Part shown: one piece after another, positions 35,122-42,326 of the stretch | Numbering within the stretch: the stretch's first letter is position 1 | Layout of the letters: each line of letters starts with the position of its first letter | Origin: an uncultured Vicinamibacteraceae bacterium | GTDB lineage: Bacteria; Acidobacteriota; Vicinamibacteria; Vicinamibacterales; UBA8438 | Reading direction: 5' to 3' | DNA length: 42,694 nucleotides | Assembly: GCA_964348425.1 (NCBI GenBank) | Contig: CAYGCV010000001.1 | Span: 1 to 42,694 of the forward strand | Position numbers and translations under genes: made by a program | Notes under the pieces: generated by a model | The model's input: the letters and a program-made list of their open reading frames with translations, nothing else | Told to the model about the DNA's origin: nothing | Database searches by the model: none

Positions 35122-37350
35122 ATGCCCCGGCTCGTCTCGGTCGCGGTCCCCGTCCCCTTCCTGGCCGCCCTGACCTACGGCGTGCCGGACGCGGCCGCCG
35201 TCCCCGCGCCGGGCGTGCGCGTGCGCGTGCCCCTGGGCGGGCGGCAGGTCACCGGCTGCGTGCTCGGACCCGCCCGACCGGCAGGGCAGGCGGACGTCAA
35301 GAGCCTGCTCGACTGCCTGGATGCAGAGCCCTTCCTGCCGCGACCGGTGCTGGATCTGGCCGTCTGGGTCGCCGAGTACTACGGCTGCGGTCCGGGCGAT
35401 GCCGTGGGAGCCGCCATGCCCCCCTTCGCCTGGACGCAGTCCGCGGCCGGCCGGCGGACTGCGTCGTTCAAGACGCGCCGCGCGGCCCGCCTCACGGGCG
35501 CGGGACGCCGGGCGCATGCCGGGCCGGCCGCGCTGGGCGCAAGGCAGCGCGCTGCGCTGGCACTCCTCGCGGCGGCGCCCGCGGGCCTGCCCACGGCGGA
35601 GCTGGCCGGCCGGGGCATCGCCGCCGATACGCTGCGCCGGCTGGCGGCGCGGGGCCTGATCGCGATCGAGCGGCGGGTGGTCGACCGCGATCCGGCCCCG
35701 GATGCCCGCGGGTCGGCGGGGCGGGGTGCCGGCGCGCGGATCGTGCTCACGCAGGAACAGCAGGCGGCGCTGGCGAGCCTGAGCGACTGGGCCGCCGCCG
35801 GAACGTTCCGCGTCGCGTTGCTGCAGGGCGTGACCGGCAGCGGGAAGACCGCGGTCTACCTGGAGCTGGCCGCCCGCGTGCTGCAACAGGGGCGGCGCGT
35901 GCTGGTGCTGGTGCCCGAGATCGCGCTGACGTCCGCCGTGACGCCCGCGTTTCGGGCCGCGGCCGGCCGTCGCGTCGCCGTGCAGCACAGCGGCCTGTCC
36001 GACGGCGAGCGGCACGATCAGTGGCATCGCATCCGCCGCGGCGAGATCGACGTCGTGGTGGGGACGCGGTCGGCCGTCTTCGCCCCGCTCGACGACCTGG
36101 GCCTGATCGTGGTCGACGAGGAGCAGGACGCGTCGTACAAGCAGGAGGAGAGCCCGCGCTATCACGGCCGCGACGTCGCCATCGTTCGCGGCCGGCAGGC
36201 CAGCGCGCTCGTCGTGCTCGGGTCGGCCACCCCGTCGCTGGAGACCTACCACAACGCGGCGCGCGGACGCTACGAGCGGCTCGTTCTCGGCCGGCGTGTG
36301 CTGGACCGCCCGCTGGCCGCCGTCGCGATCGTCGACATGCGGCAGGAGGTCGCCGAGCAGGGGCCGGACGTCGTGTTCAGCGCCGCGCTGCAGGAAGGGC
36401 TGGCTGACCGCCTGCGCCGCGGCGAGCAGGCGCTCGTGCTGCTGAACCGGCGCGGGTACGCGGCCGCGATCCTCTGCCGCCAGTGCGGCAGCACGCTGGA
36501 ATGCCCGAACTGCAGCGTGTCGCTGACGCTGCATCGCGCCGCGGGCCGCGTGCGCTGTCACTACTGCAGCTACTCCAGCGCGCGCCCGGCGGTCTGCCGC
36601 CACTGCGCGGGTCCGTTCCTCGAGCGCGTCGGGCTCGGGACGGAGCGCATCGAGGCGGAGCTGGCCGGCCTGTTCCCGCAGGCCCGGCTCGCGCGCCTCG
36701 ATCGCGACACGGTGCGGCGCCGCGGCGCCGCCCAGGCGCTGCTGGACCGCTTCGCCCGCCGCGAGATCGACGTGCTCGTCGGCACGCAGATGGTGGCCAA
36801 GGGGCACGACTTTCCGGCCGTGACGCTCGTGGGGGTGATCTCGGCCGACGTGGGGCTCGGCCTGGCCGATTTCCGCGCCGCTGAGCGGACCTTCCAACTG
36901 CTGACCCAGGTGGCCGGCCGCGCCGGTCGCGGCGACCTGCCCGGCGAGGCCATCGTGCAGACGTTCCACCCGCAGCACTACAGCATCGAGCATGCCTGCC
37001 GGCAGGAGTACGAGCCGTTCTTCCGGGCCGAGATGCGCTATCGGCGGGCGCTGCGCTACCCGCCCGTCGTGGCCATGATCAACGTTGTCGTGCGGGCGGG
37101 CACGTTGCCGGCCGCGCAGCGGGCCGCCGCCGGGCTGGCCGCGGAGCTGCGCACCGCGGCCGCCGGGTACCAGGTGCTCGGTCCGGCCCCGGCACCCCTC
37201 ACGCGGCTGCGCGGCGAGCACCGCGTGCAGATCTTCCTGAAGGGGACCCGGCGCCGGGCGCTGCGCGAGGCGGTGCGCGCCGCGCTCGACCGCCATCCGA
37301 CGCTGCGGCGGCGCGTCACCATCGACGTCGACCCGCTGACGGTGCTGTGA
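35122..37350 (+). CDS. priA: Primosomal protein N' (replication restart helicase)
   Basis: Walker A 'GVTGSGKT', 'VVDEEQD', Cys-rich Zn region 'CRQCGSTLECPNCSVSLTLH..RCHYCSY..CRHCAG', 'GTQMVAKGHDFP'. Confidence 0.93.
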   Translation: MPRLVSVAVPVPFLAALTYGVPDAAAVPAPGVRVRVPLGGRQVTGCVLGPARPAGQADVKSLLDCLDAEPFLPRPVLDLAVWVAEYYGCGPGDAVGAAMPPFAWTQSAAGRRTASFKTRRAARLTGAGRRAHAGPAALGARQRAALALLAAAPAGLPTAELAGRGIAADTLRRLAARGLIAIERRVVDRDPAPDARGSAGRGAGARIVLTQEQQAALASLSDWAAAGTFRVALLQGVTGSGKTAVYLELAARVLQQGRRVLVLVPEIALTSAVTPAFRAAAGRRVAVQHSGLSDGERHDQWHRIRRGEIDVVVGTRSAVFAPLDDLGLIVVDEEQDASYKQEESPRYHGRDVAIVRGRQASALVVLGSATPSLETYHNAARGRYERLVLGRRVLDRPLAAVAIVDMRQEVAEQGPDVVFSAALQEGLADRLRRGEQALVLLNRRGYAAAILCRQCGSTLECPNCSVSLTLHRAAGRVRCHYCSYSSARPAVCRHCAGPFLERVGLGTERIEAELAGLFPQARLARLDRDTVRRRGAAQALLDRFARREIDVLVGTQMVAKGHDFPAVTLVGVISADVGLGLADFRAAERTFQLLTQVAGRAGRGDLPGEAIVQTFHPQHYSIEHACRQEYEPFFRAEMRYRRALRYPPVVAMINVVVRAGTLPAAQRAAAGLAAELRTAAAGYQVLGPAPAPLTRLRGEHRVQIFLKGTRRRALREAVRAALDRHPTLRRRVTIDVDPLTVL

Positions 37351-37370
37351 ACGGCGAACGGCGACGTGAC

Positions 37371-37405
37371 TTGATTGAGATGTGACTCAAGACCATACTG
37401 GTCAC
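37371..37405 (+). promoter_or_regulatory. Candidate promoter/operator of the Phd-VapC operon
   Basis: TTGATT (37371-37376), 17 nt spacer, CATACT (37394-37399), then 7 nt to ATG 37407 with no SD. Inverted repeat GTGAC(37382-37386)-N14-GTCAC(37401-37405) brackets the -10. A third GTGAC lies at 37366-37370. Confidence 0.5.
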
Positions 37406-37406
37406 A

Positions 37407-37688
37407 ATGACCACCGCATCGATATCCGAGCTGAAGGCGAACCTGTCCCGCTATCTCCGCGAGGTACGTCGGGGCAACGAGGTCGAGGTCCTCGACCGGG
37501 GTACGCCCGTAGCCAGGCTGGTGCCTCCCGCGGCCGGCGACGATGGGGAGGTCCGTCAGCGGTTGATCGCCGCGGGGCTGCTCCGGCCCGGCACGGGCGG
37601 CGCTGCGGCGCTGCTCGATACGGAGCCGCTGGCGTTGCCGGTACGCCTCTCGGAGGCTCTGGCCGATGACCGGGCGGACAGGCTGTGA
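37407..37688 (+). CDS. Type II antitoxin, Phd/YefM family
   Basis: 'ISELKANLSRYLREVRRGNEVEVLDRGTPVARLVP' is the Phd/YefM N-domain. Its stop overlaps the toxin GTG start (GTGA). Confidence 0.85.
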   Translation: MTTASISELKANLSRYLREVRRGNEVEVLDRGTPVARLVPPAAGDDGEVRQRLIAAGLLRPGTGGAAALLDTEPLALPVRLSEALADDRADRL

Positions 37689-38104
37689 GGTATTGGGATG
37701 CCTCCGCGCTCGTGCCGTTGATCGTCGCGGAACCCGACAGCCAGCGCGTTCGCCGGTGGCTGTCGGAGGACGACCGGGTCGTGACCTGGGTATGGACGCA
37801 TACCGAGATCACGAGTGCGATCGAGCGGCGCGCACGCGACGGGCTGCTGTCGCGGCCGCAGCGCCGCCACGTGCTCGCGCGGTTCGACCTCCTGGCCGGT
37901 AGCTGGGACGAGGTGGCCGACATGCTTGCGGTCCGGTCGCGGGCGAACGCGCTGCTCGCCCGGCATCCGCTGCGCGCAGCCGATGCGGGGCAACTCGGCG
38001 CGGCGCTCCTGGTGCAGGAGCAGCTCGCCAGGCCGCTGACGTTCGTCTGCCTGGATTCGAGGCTGTCGTTGGCGGCCGAGCTGGAAGGCCTGCGGTTGCC
38101 CTGA
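37685..38104 (+). CDS. vapC: Type II toxin, VapC family (PIN-domain ribonuclease)
   Basis: PIN acidic residues in context: 'YWDASALV' (Asp), 'HTEITSAI' (Glu), 'RAADAGQLGAAL' (Asp), 'FVCLDSRL' (Asp). 139 aa, 4-nt overlap with the antitoxin. Confidence 0.8.
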   Translation: MRYWDASALVPLIVAEPDSQRVRRWLSEDDRVVTWVWTHTEITSAIERRARDGLLSRPQRRHVLARFDLLAGSWDEVADMLAVRSRANALLARHPLRAADAGQLGAALLVQEQLARPLTFVCLDSRLSLAAELEGLRLP

Positions 38105-38151
38105 ACGCGCTCCGTCGCCGCCGGGACGCGGCCGCCGGTTCGCAATGTGCC

Positions 38152-38757
38152 TCAGGGCAGCAGGCAGCGGTCCCAGCCGGCGTTCGGGTCGATGCCGTAG
38201 GGCTGCTGGCCTATCATGATGTGCGCGCGCGCGGTGCCTGGGCACATGAGCCACGCGCGATCGGGCGTCGGCTCGATGGGCAGCCCGGTAGACGCCGCCG
38301 TCACGTAGGGCACCAGCGTGACGGTCAGGCGCGCGGACGCCGCGCGGCTCGGCCCCGACTGGATGAAGATGAGCGTGCCCGGCGTTGCCGTGGTCAGCGT
38401 GCCGGCCGCGATGGCGGCGTCCACCGCGTCCCAGGCCTCGCGAACGGACGCACCGCGGGCCAGGTGGCCGGTGTACGCCGCGATCACGTTGCCGGTGCTG
38501 CCGTTGATGCACGAGACGGAGAAGCCGGGGGCGGGATCGTCGGGGGAGCACGTGAGCGCCGTCCGGCCTTCGCGGATGACGCGGCGCCGGCCGTCGGCAT
38601 CGGTCACGACGACGGCCGCGACGTCCTTGAGCTGCGCCGGCAGCGGCAGCGTCGCCTCTTCGATCAGCTCGGCATCCGACTGCGCGGCGGACGCGCTCGC
38701 GGCCAGCAGCAGGGAACATGCGACGACCGTGCTTGCCGCCGTTCTGTGTCGTCGCAT
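38152..38757 (-). CDS. Secreted hypothetical protein (four-Cys mature domain plus one Cys in the signal peptide)
   Basis: Track ORF 38152..39201 trimmed to ATG 38757. Sec signal 'MRRHRTAASTVVACSLLLAASASA|AQ'. No family recognised. Confidence 0.55.
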   Translation of the reverse strand: MRRHRTAASTVVACSLLLAASASAAQSDAELIEEATLPLPAQLKDVAAVVVTDADGRRRVIREGRTALTCSPDDPAPGFSVSCINGSTGNVIAAYTGHLARGASVREAWDAVDAAIAAGTLTTATPGTLIFIQSGPSRAASARLTVTLVPYVTAASTGLPIEPTPDRAWLMCPGTARAHIMIGQQPYGIDPNAGWDRCLLP

Positions 38758-38792
38758 TGGTGTCTCCTCTCCGCATTCCCCGGTTGGCCCAC

Positions 38793-39791
38793 TCAGGGCT
38801 CGGGCACCAGGTCGAGCACCTCGATCGGCGCGGGCGTGAAGCAGAGGACGAAGATGGCCGCCGTCGCCAGGGCGACCCACTGGCGGTTGCGGTCGAGCGG
38901 CACGTCCTCGTCGGGAGTGCGGGGGTGGCGGGGGCCCAGGAACACGATCATGGCGATGATGAGCGCCGCCCAGATCACCCAGCTCATCGAGAAGAAGGCG
39001 AGGCCGACGACGGCCGCGGCCGTACCCAGGCTGAGGACCGTGGAGCGGCGTCCCAGCGCGGCGTACGCGATGTGGCCGCCGTCGAGCTGCCCGACGGGGA
39101 ACAGGTTGAGCGCCGTGACGAGCAGCCCCAGCCAGGCGGCGAGACCCATCGGATGCAGGTTGATCGAGTGGCCGGTCGGCGCCTCGCCCCACACCATCCA
39201 CGCGGCCAGTTGAAAGAGCAGCGGCTCGCCGAGCTCCATGCCGACGAAGTCGTCCGGCAGCGGCACGACGCGCGACAGCCGCAGTCCCAGGAAGAGCGCC
39301 GGCACGGCGACGACGAAGCCGGCGATGGGACCGGCGGCGCCGATATCGAACAGCATGCGCTTGGTCGGAATCGGCTGGCGGATGCGGATGACCGCGCCCA
39401 CCGTGCCGGTCAGGGGCAGCGGCGCCGGCAGGAAGTAGGGCAGCGAGGCGTCGATGCCGTAGTAGCGGCAGGCGAAGTAGTGCCCGAACTCGTGCGTGCC
39501 CAGAATGGCGAGGATGGTCAGGCTGTACCAGGCCCCGTAGGGGATCAGGGCGAGCGAGAGGTCCGGAATCTCGTTGAAGTCGCCGGCGAATCCGGCGTAG
39601 TGGCCGATCCCCGCGGCCATCGTGGTCACCAGGGTGCCCAGAAAGAGCAGCAGGTGGATCAGCGGGCGCCAGCGGCGACGCCGCGCGGGTCCGGCGCCGG
39701 GTCCGGGGGCTTGCCCGGCGGTTTCCGGCGCCGGCGGTGCGGGCCAGTCGGCAGGCGGCGAGAGCGGCCGGTCGGGGGGATCGAATGACAA
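38793..39791 (-). CDS. Site-2 protease family (M50) membrane metalloprotease
   Basis: 'HEFGHYFACRY' HExxH within a TM helix, multiple TM helices, 'GQLDGGH' second metal-ligand region. Pro/Ala-rich cytoplasmic N-tail. Confidence 0.85.
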   Translation of the reverse strand: MSFDPPDRPLSPPADWPAPPAPETAGQAPGPGAGPARRRRWRPLIHLLLFLGTLVTTMAAGIGHYAGFAGDFNEIPDLSLALIPYGAWYSLTILAILGTHEFGHYFACRYYGIDASLPYFLPAPLPLTGTVGAVIRIRQPIPTKRMLFDIGAAGPIAGFVVAVPALFLGLRLSRVVPLPDDFVGMELGEPLLFQLAAWMVWGEAPTGHSINLHPMGLAAWLGLLVTALNLFPVGQLDGGHIAYAALGRRSTVLSLGTAAAVVGLAFFSMSWVIWAALIIAMIVFLGPRHPRTPDEDVPLDRNRQWVALATAAIFVLCFTPAPIEVLDLVPEP

Positions 39792-39808
39792 ATGGCGCGT
39801 CCCCGACG

Positions 39809-40081
39809 TCAGCCCCCGATAGCCTGGAGCTCCTTGCCCGGCTTGAAGCGGATCGTGCGGCCGGGCGGAATGCGGACTTCCTTGCCGGTGCGCGGATTGC
39901 GGCCGATGCCCCGCTTGCGCGGCTTCACCTGGAACACGCCGAAGCCGCGGAGCTCGATGCGATCTCCCCGCTGCATCGACATCCGCATCGCATCGAACAC
40001 CGCGTCCACTGCAACCTCAGCCTTGACCTTCGTGATGTCGGCGGCCGTCGATACCTCGTTCACGATGTCGACCTTGATCAT
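39809..40081 (-). CDS. HU/IHF-family DNA-binding protein
   Basis: 'RIELRGFGVFQVKPRKRGIGRNPRTGKEVRIPPGRTIRFKPGKEL'. 90 aa. AGGAG SD and a canonical promoter upstream. Confidence 0.9.
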   Translation of the reverse strand: MIKVDIVNEVSTAADITKVKAEVAVDAVFDAMRMSMQRGDRIELRGFGVFQVKPRKRGIGRNPRTGKEVRIPPGRTIRFKPGKELQAIGG

Positions 40082-40110
40082 GGCGCGTGAGCTCCTGACG
40101 CTACCTAAGC

Positions 40111-40140
40111 ATCATAGATACTATAATTTACAGGTGTCAA
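40111..40140 (-). promoter_or_regulatory. Candidate sigma70 promoter of the HU/IHF-S2P operon
   Basis: Minus strand: TTGACA (40140-40135), 18 nt spacer, TATGAT (40116-40111). Downstream AGGAG SD about 10 nt before ATG 40081. This is the most AT-rich patch of the window. Confidence 0.55.
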
Positions 40141-40170
40141 GCGACGCGCCAGCCGCGTCCCGCCGCGCCC

Positions 40171-41556
40171 ATGCCGCCAGCCGCCAGAATGCGCCGTGAC
40201 CGATCGGTCGTGCTCGTCGGACGTCCCAACGTCGGCAAATCGACGCTGTTCAACCGCGTCTGCGGCGCCCGGCGCGCGATCGTGACGCCGGTTGCCGGCA
40301 CGACGCGCGACGTCATCACGGCGCAGGCCGAATGGCTCGGCACGACGTTCGAGCTGGTCGACACCGGCGGCCTGTTCGGGGCCAGCACCGACCCGCTGCA
40401 GCAGTCGGTCGCGGAGCAGGGGCTCCGCGCGCTCGACGCCGCCGACCTCGTCGTCCTGCTGGTCGACGGCCGCGACGGCCTCGTGCCCGCCGATCGGGAA
40501 GTGGCCGACCGCGTGCGGCGCGCCGGCGTGCCGGTGGTGCTGGCGGTCAACAAGGTGGACGACCGGCAGGCGGCCGGGCGCGTCGACGAGTTCCATGCCT
40601 TGGGCATCACCCCGCTCGTATCCATTGCCGCCGAGCACGGCCTGGGGGTCGGCGACCTGCTCGATGAAGCCGTGGGCCGGCTGCCCGGCGGGCAGCGCGC
40701 GGACGCGGCCGCGCTGCGGCCGGACCGGCCGGACGAGATCCGGGTCGCGATCATCGGCCGTCCGAACGTGGGCAAGTCGTCGCTCGTCAACCTGCTGGCG
40801 CGCGCGGAGCGGGTGCTCGTCAGCGACACGGCCGGCACCACGCGGGACGCGGTCGATACCCTGATCACGTGGCACGGCCAGCCGCTGCGGCTGGTCGACA
40901 CGGCGGGCATCCGTCGTCCGGGCCGCGTGGCGAGCAGCGGGCAGGTCGAGCAGGTGAGCGTGACGGTCGCCCGGCGGGCCATCGCCAGGGCCGACGTCGC
41001 CGTGCTGGTGGTCGACGCGTCCGGCCCGGTTGCGCGACAGGATGCGGTCATCGCCGGGGAAGCCGAGCGCGCCGGCTGCGGCATCGTCATCGCCGCCAAC
41101 AAGTGGGACCTCGTCAAGCAGCGGGACGACTTCGCCAGGCAGTTCGACGCGGAGCTGCGCGACGCGTTGAAGTTCGCGGAGTTCGCGCCCATCGTGCGCG
41201 TCTCGGCCCTCACGGGCGCCCGCGCGCCGAAGCTGGTCGAGATGGTGCAGGAGGTCGCCCGGGCGCGGGCCGCGCACGTCTCGACACCCGACGTCAACCG
41301 CGTGCTCGAACGCGCCACGCGGCGCAACCCGCCCCGCAGCCCCGGCAAGCGCGATGTGAAGATCTACTACGGCACGCAGGTGGCCGCGGGCCCACCGCGG
41401 TTCCTCATCTTCACGAACACCACCTCGCGGCTGCACTTCTCCTACGAGCGCTACCTGAAGAACCGCTTTCGCGAGGCGTTCGGCTTCCTCGGGACGCCCA
41501 TCCGCCTGCAGGTGCGGGCCCGGCGGCCGCCGCGCGGCCAGCAACCTGCGCGGTAG
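40171..41556 (+). CDS. der: Ribosome-biogenesis GTPase Der (EngA)
   Basis: Two G-domains ('VGRPNVGKSTLFNRV' and 'IIGRPNVGKSSLVNLL') plus a KH-like C-domain 'PPRFLIFTN'. Alternative start ATG 40189. Confidence 0.93.
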   Translation: MPPAARMRRDRSVVLVGRPNVGKSTLFNRVCGARRAIVTPVAGTTRDVITAQAEWLGTTFELVDTGGLFGASTDPLQQSVAEQGLRALDAADLVVLLVDGRDGLVPADREVADRVRRAGVPVVLAVNKVDDRQAAGRVDEFHALGITPLVSIAAEHGLGVGDLLDEAVGRLPGGQRADAAALRPDRPDEIRVAIIGRPNVGKSSLVNLLARAERVLVSDTAGTTRDAVDTLITWHGQPLRLVDTAGIRRPGRVASSGQVEQVSVTVARRAIARADVAVLVVDASGPVARQDAVIAGEAERAGCGIVIAANKWDLVKQRDDFARQFDAELRDALKFAEFAPIVRVSALTGARAPKLVEMVQEVARARAAHVSTPDVNRVLERATRRNPPRSPGKRDVKIYYGTQVAAGPPRFLIFTNTTSRLHFSYERYLKNRFREAFGFLGTPIRLQVRARRPPRGQQPAR

Positions 41557-41593
41557 AAGGGCGCGGACGGGTCGGGAGCGCGAGCAAGGGCAA

Positions 41594-41602
41594 TGCTATA
41601 AT
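41594..41602 (+). promoter_or_regulatory. Extended -10 element TGCTATAAT (MerR-like gene)
   Basis: The identical 9-mer to 6151-6159, 20 nt upstream of ATG 41623. No SD in between. Confidence 0.4.
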
Positions 41603-41622
41603 CGGCAGGCTTTTCCTGGACA

Positions 41623-42150
41623 ATGGCCCCTGCGGAGATTCCGAAGCGCACGTCGTTCAGGCCCGCCGAGGTGTGCACGATCGCCGGGGTGCCGCCGTAC
41701 GTGCTGAGGTCGTGGGAGGCCGAGTTTCCGAAGCTCAGCGGCGCGAAGAACGCCAAGGGCGCCCGCGTCTACGGGCGCTCCGAGGTCGAGCTGGTCGTCC
41801 AGATCAAGGAGCTCGTCTTCGGCGAGGGCTTGACGCTGGGCGCCGCGCGGAAGAAGCTGGAAGGAGGCCCGGACGAGAATCTGCCCCGGCCCGAGCTGCC
41901 GCTCGAGCACATGCTGGGCGCCGACGTCCGGGAGAAGCTGGCGGCGGTCAAGGAAGGGCTGCAGGCGGTCCTCGACATGCTGGCGGGCAACGGCGCAAGC
42001 GAGCCGGCCCCGGTCCCGGTTGCCGCGGCGCCGGAGCCGGCGCGCCGGAGCAAGGCGGCCGCCGCCGGCAAGCAGCCGCGCGGGAAGGCGGCCCGGGGGA
42101 AGGCGGCGGCCGCGAAGACGACCGCCAAACGCAAGCGTCGGACGGCGTAG
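41623..42150 (+). CDS. MerR-family HTH protein with Lys/Ala-rich basic C-terminal tail
   Basis: 'FRPAEVCTIAGVPPYVLRSWEAEFPKL..YGRSEVELVVQIKELV' is a MerR-type wHTH. Tail 'RRSKAAAAGKQPRGKAARGKAAAAKTTAKRKRRTA'. Confidence 0.8.
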   Translation: MAPAEIPKRTSFRPAEVCTIAGVPPYVLRSWEAEFPKLSGAKNAKGARVYGRSEVELVVQIKELVFGEGLTLGAARKKLEGGPDENLPRPELPLEHMLGADVREKLAAVKEGLQAVLDMLAGNGASEPAPVPVAAAPEPARRSKAAAAGKQPRGKAARGKAAAAKTTAKRKRRTA

Positions 42151-42159
42151 GACGGACGT

Positions 42160-42236
42160 CGGGATGTGGCGCAGTCTGGTAGCGCACCTGACTGGGGGTC
42201 AGGGGGTCGCTGGTTCAAATCCAGTCATCCCGACCA
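42160..42236 (+). tRNA. tRNA-Pro (anticodon GGG), CCA encoded
   Basis: Folds by hand: acceptor CGGGATG/CATCCCG, D-stem GCGC/GCGC, anticodon stem CCTGA/TCAGG with loop CTGGGGG, T-arm GCTGG-TTCAAAT-CCAGT, discriminator A, CCA. Confidence 0.95.
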
Positions 42237-42326
42237 ATACGCTCTGAGGGCGGCAGCAGCACGTCATCCAGGTCGACACTTCATCGGACACGCAAGCCCG
42301 GCAGTCGTCGCCCACCGCGCCAACCC

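Noticed and set aside
34912-37296. 794-aa minus-strand ORF antisense to priA
   Set aside because: priA on the plus strand has Walker A, DEEQ and the Cys4-Cys4 zinc region. The antisense product has no recognisable motif and a shadow-type composition.
40122-40127. Plus-strand TATAAT at 40122-40127 as the der promoter
   Set aside because: The hexamer is perfect, but there is no TG extension and no acceptable -35 at 16-19 nt (the nearest, TGACGC, is 20 nt away). It also lies inside the spacer of the much better minus-strand TTGACA-18-TATGAT promoter. It is kept as a possibility, not called.
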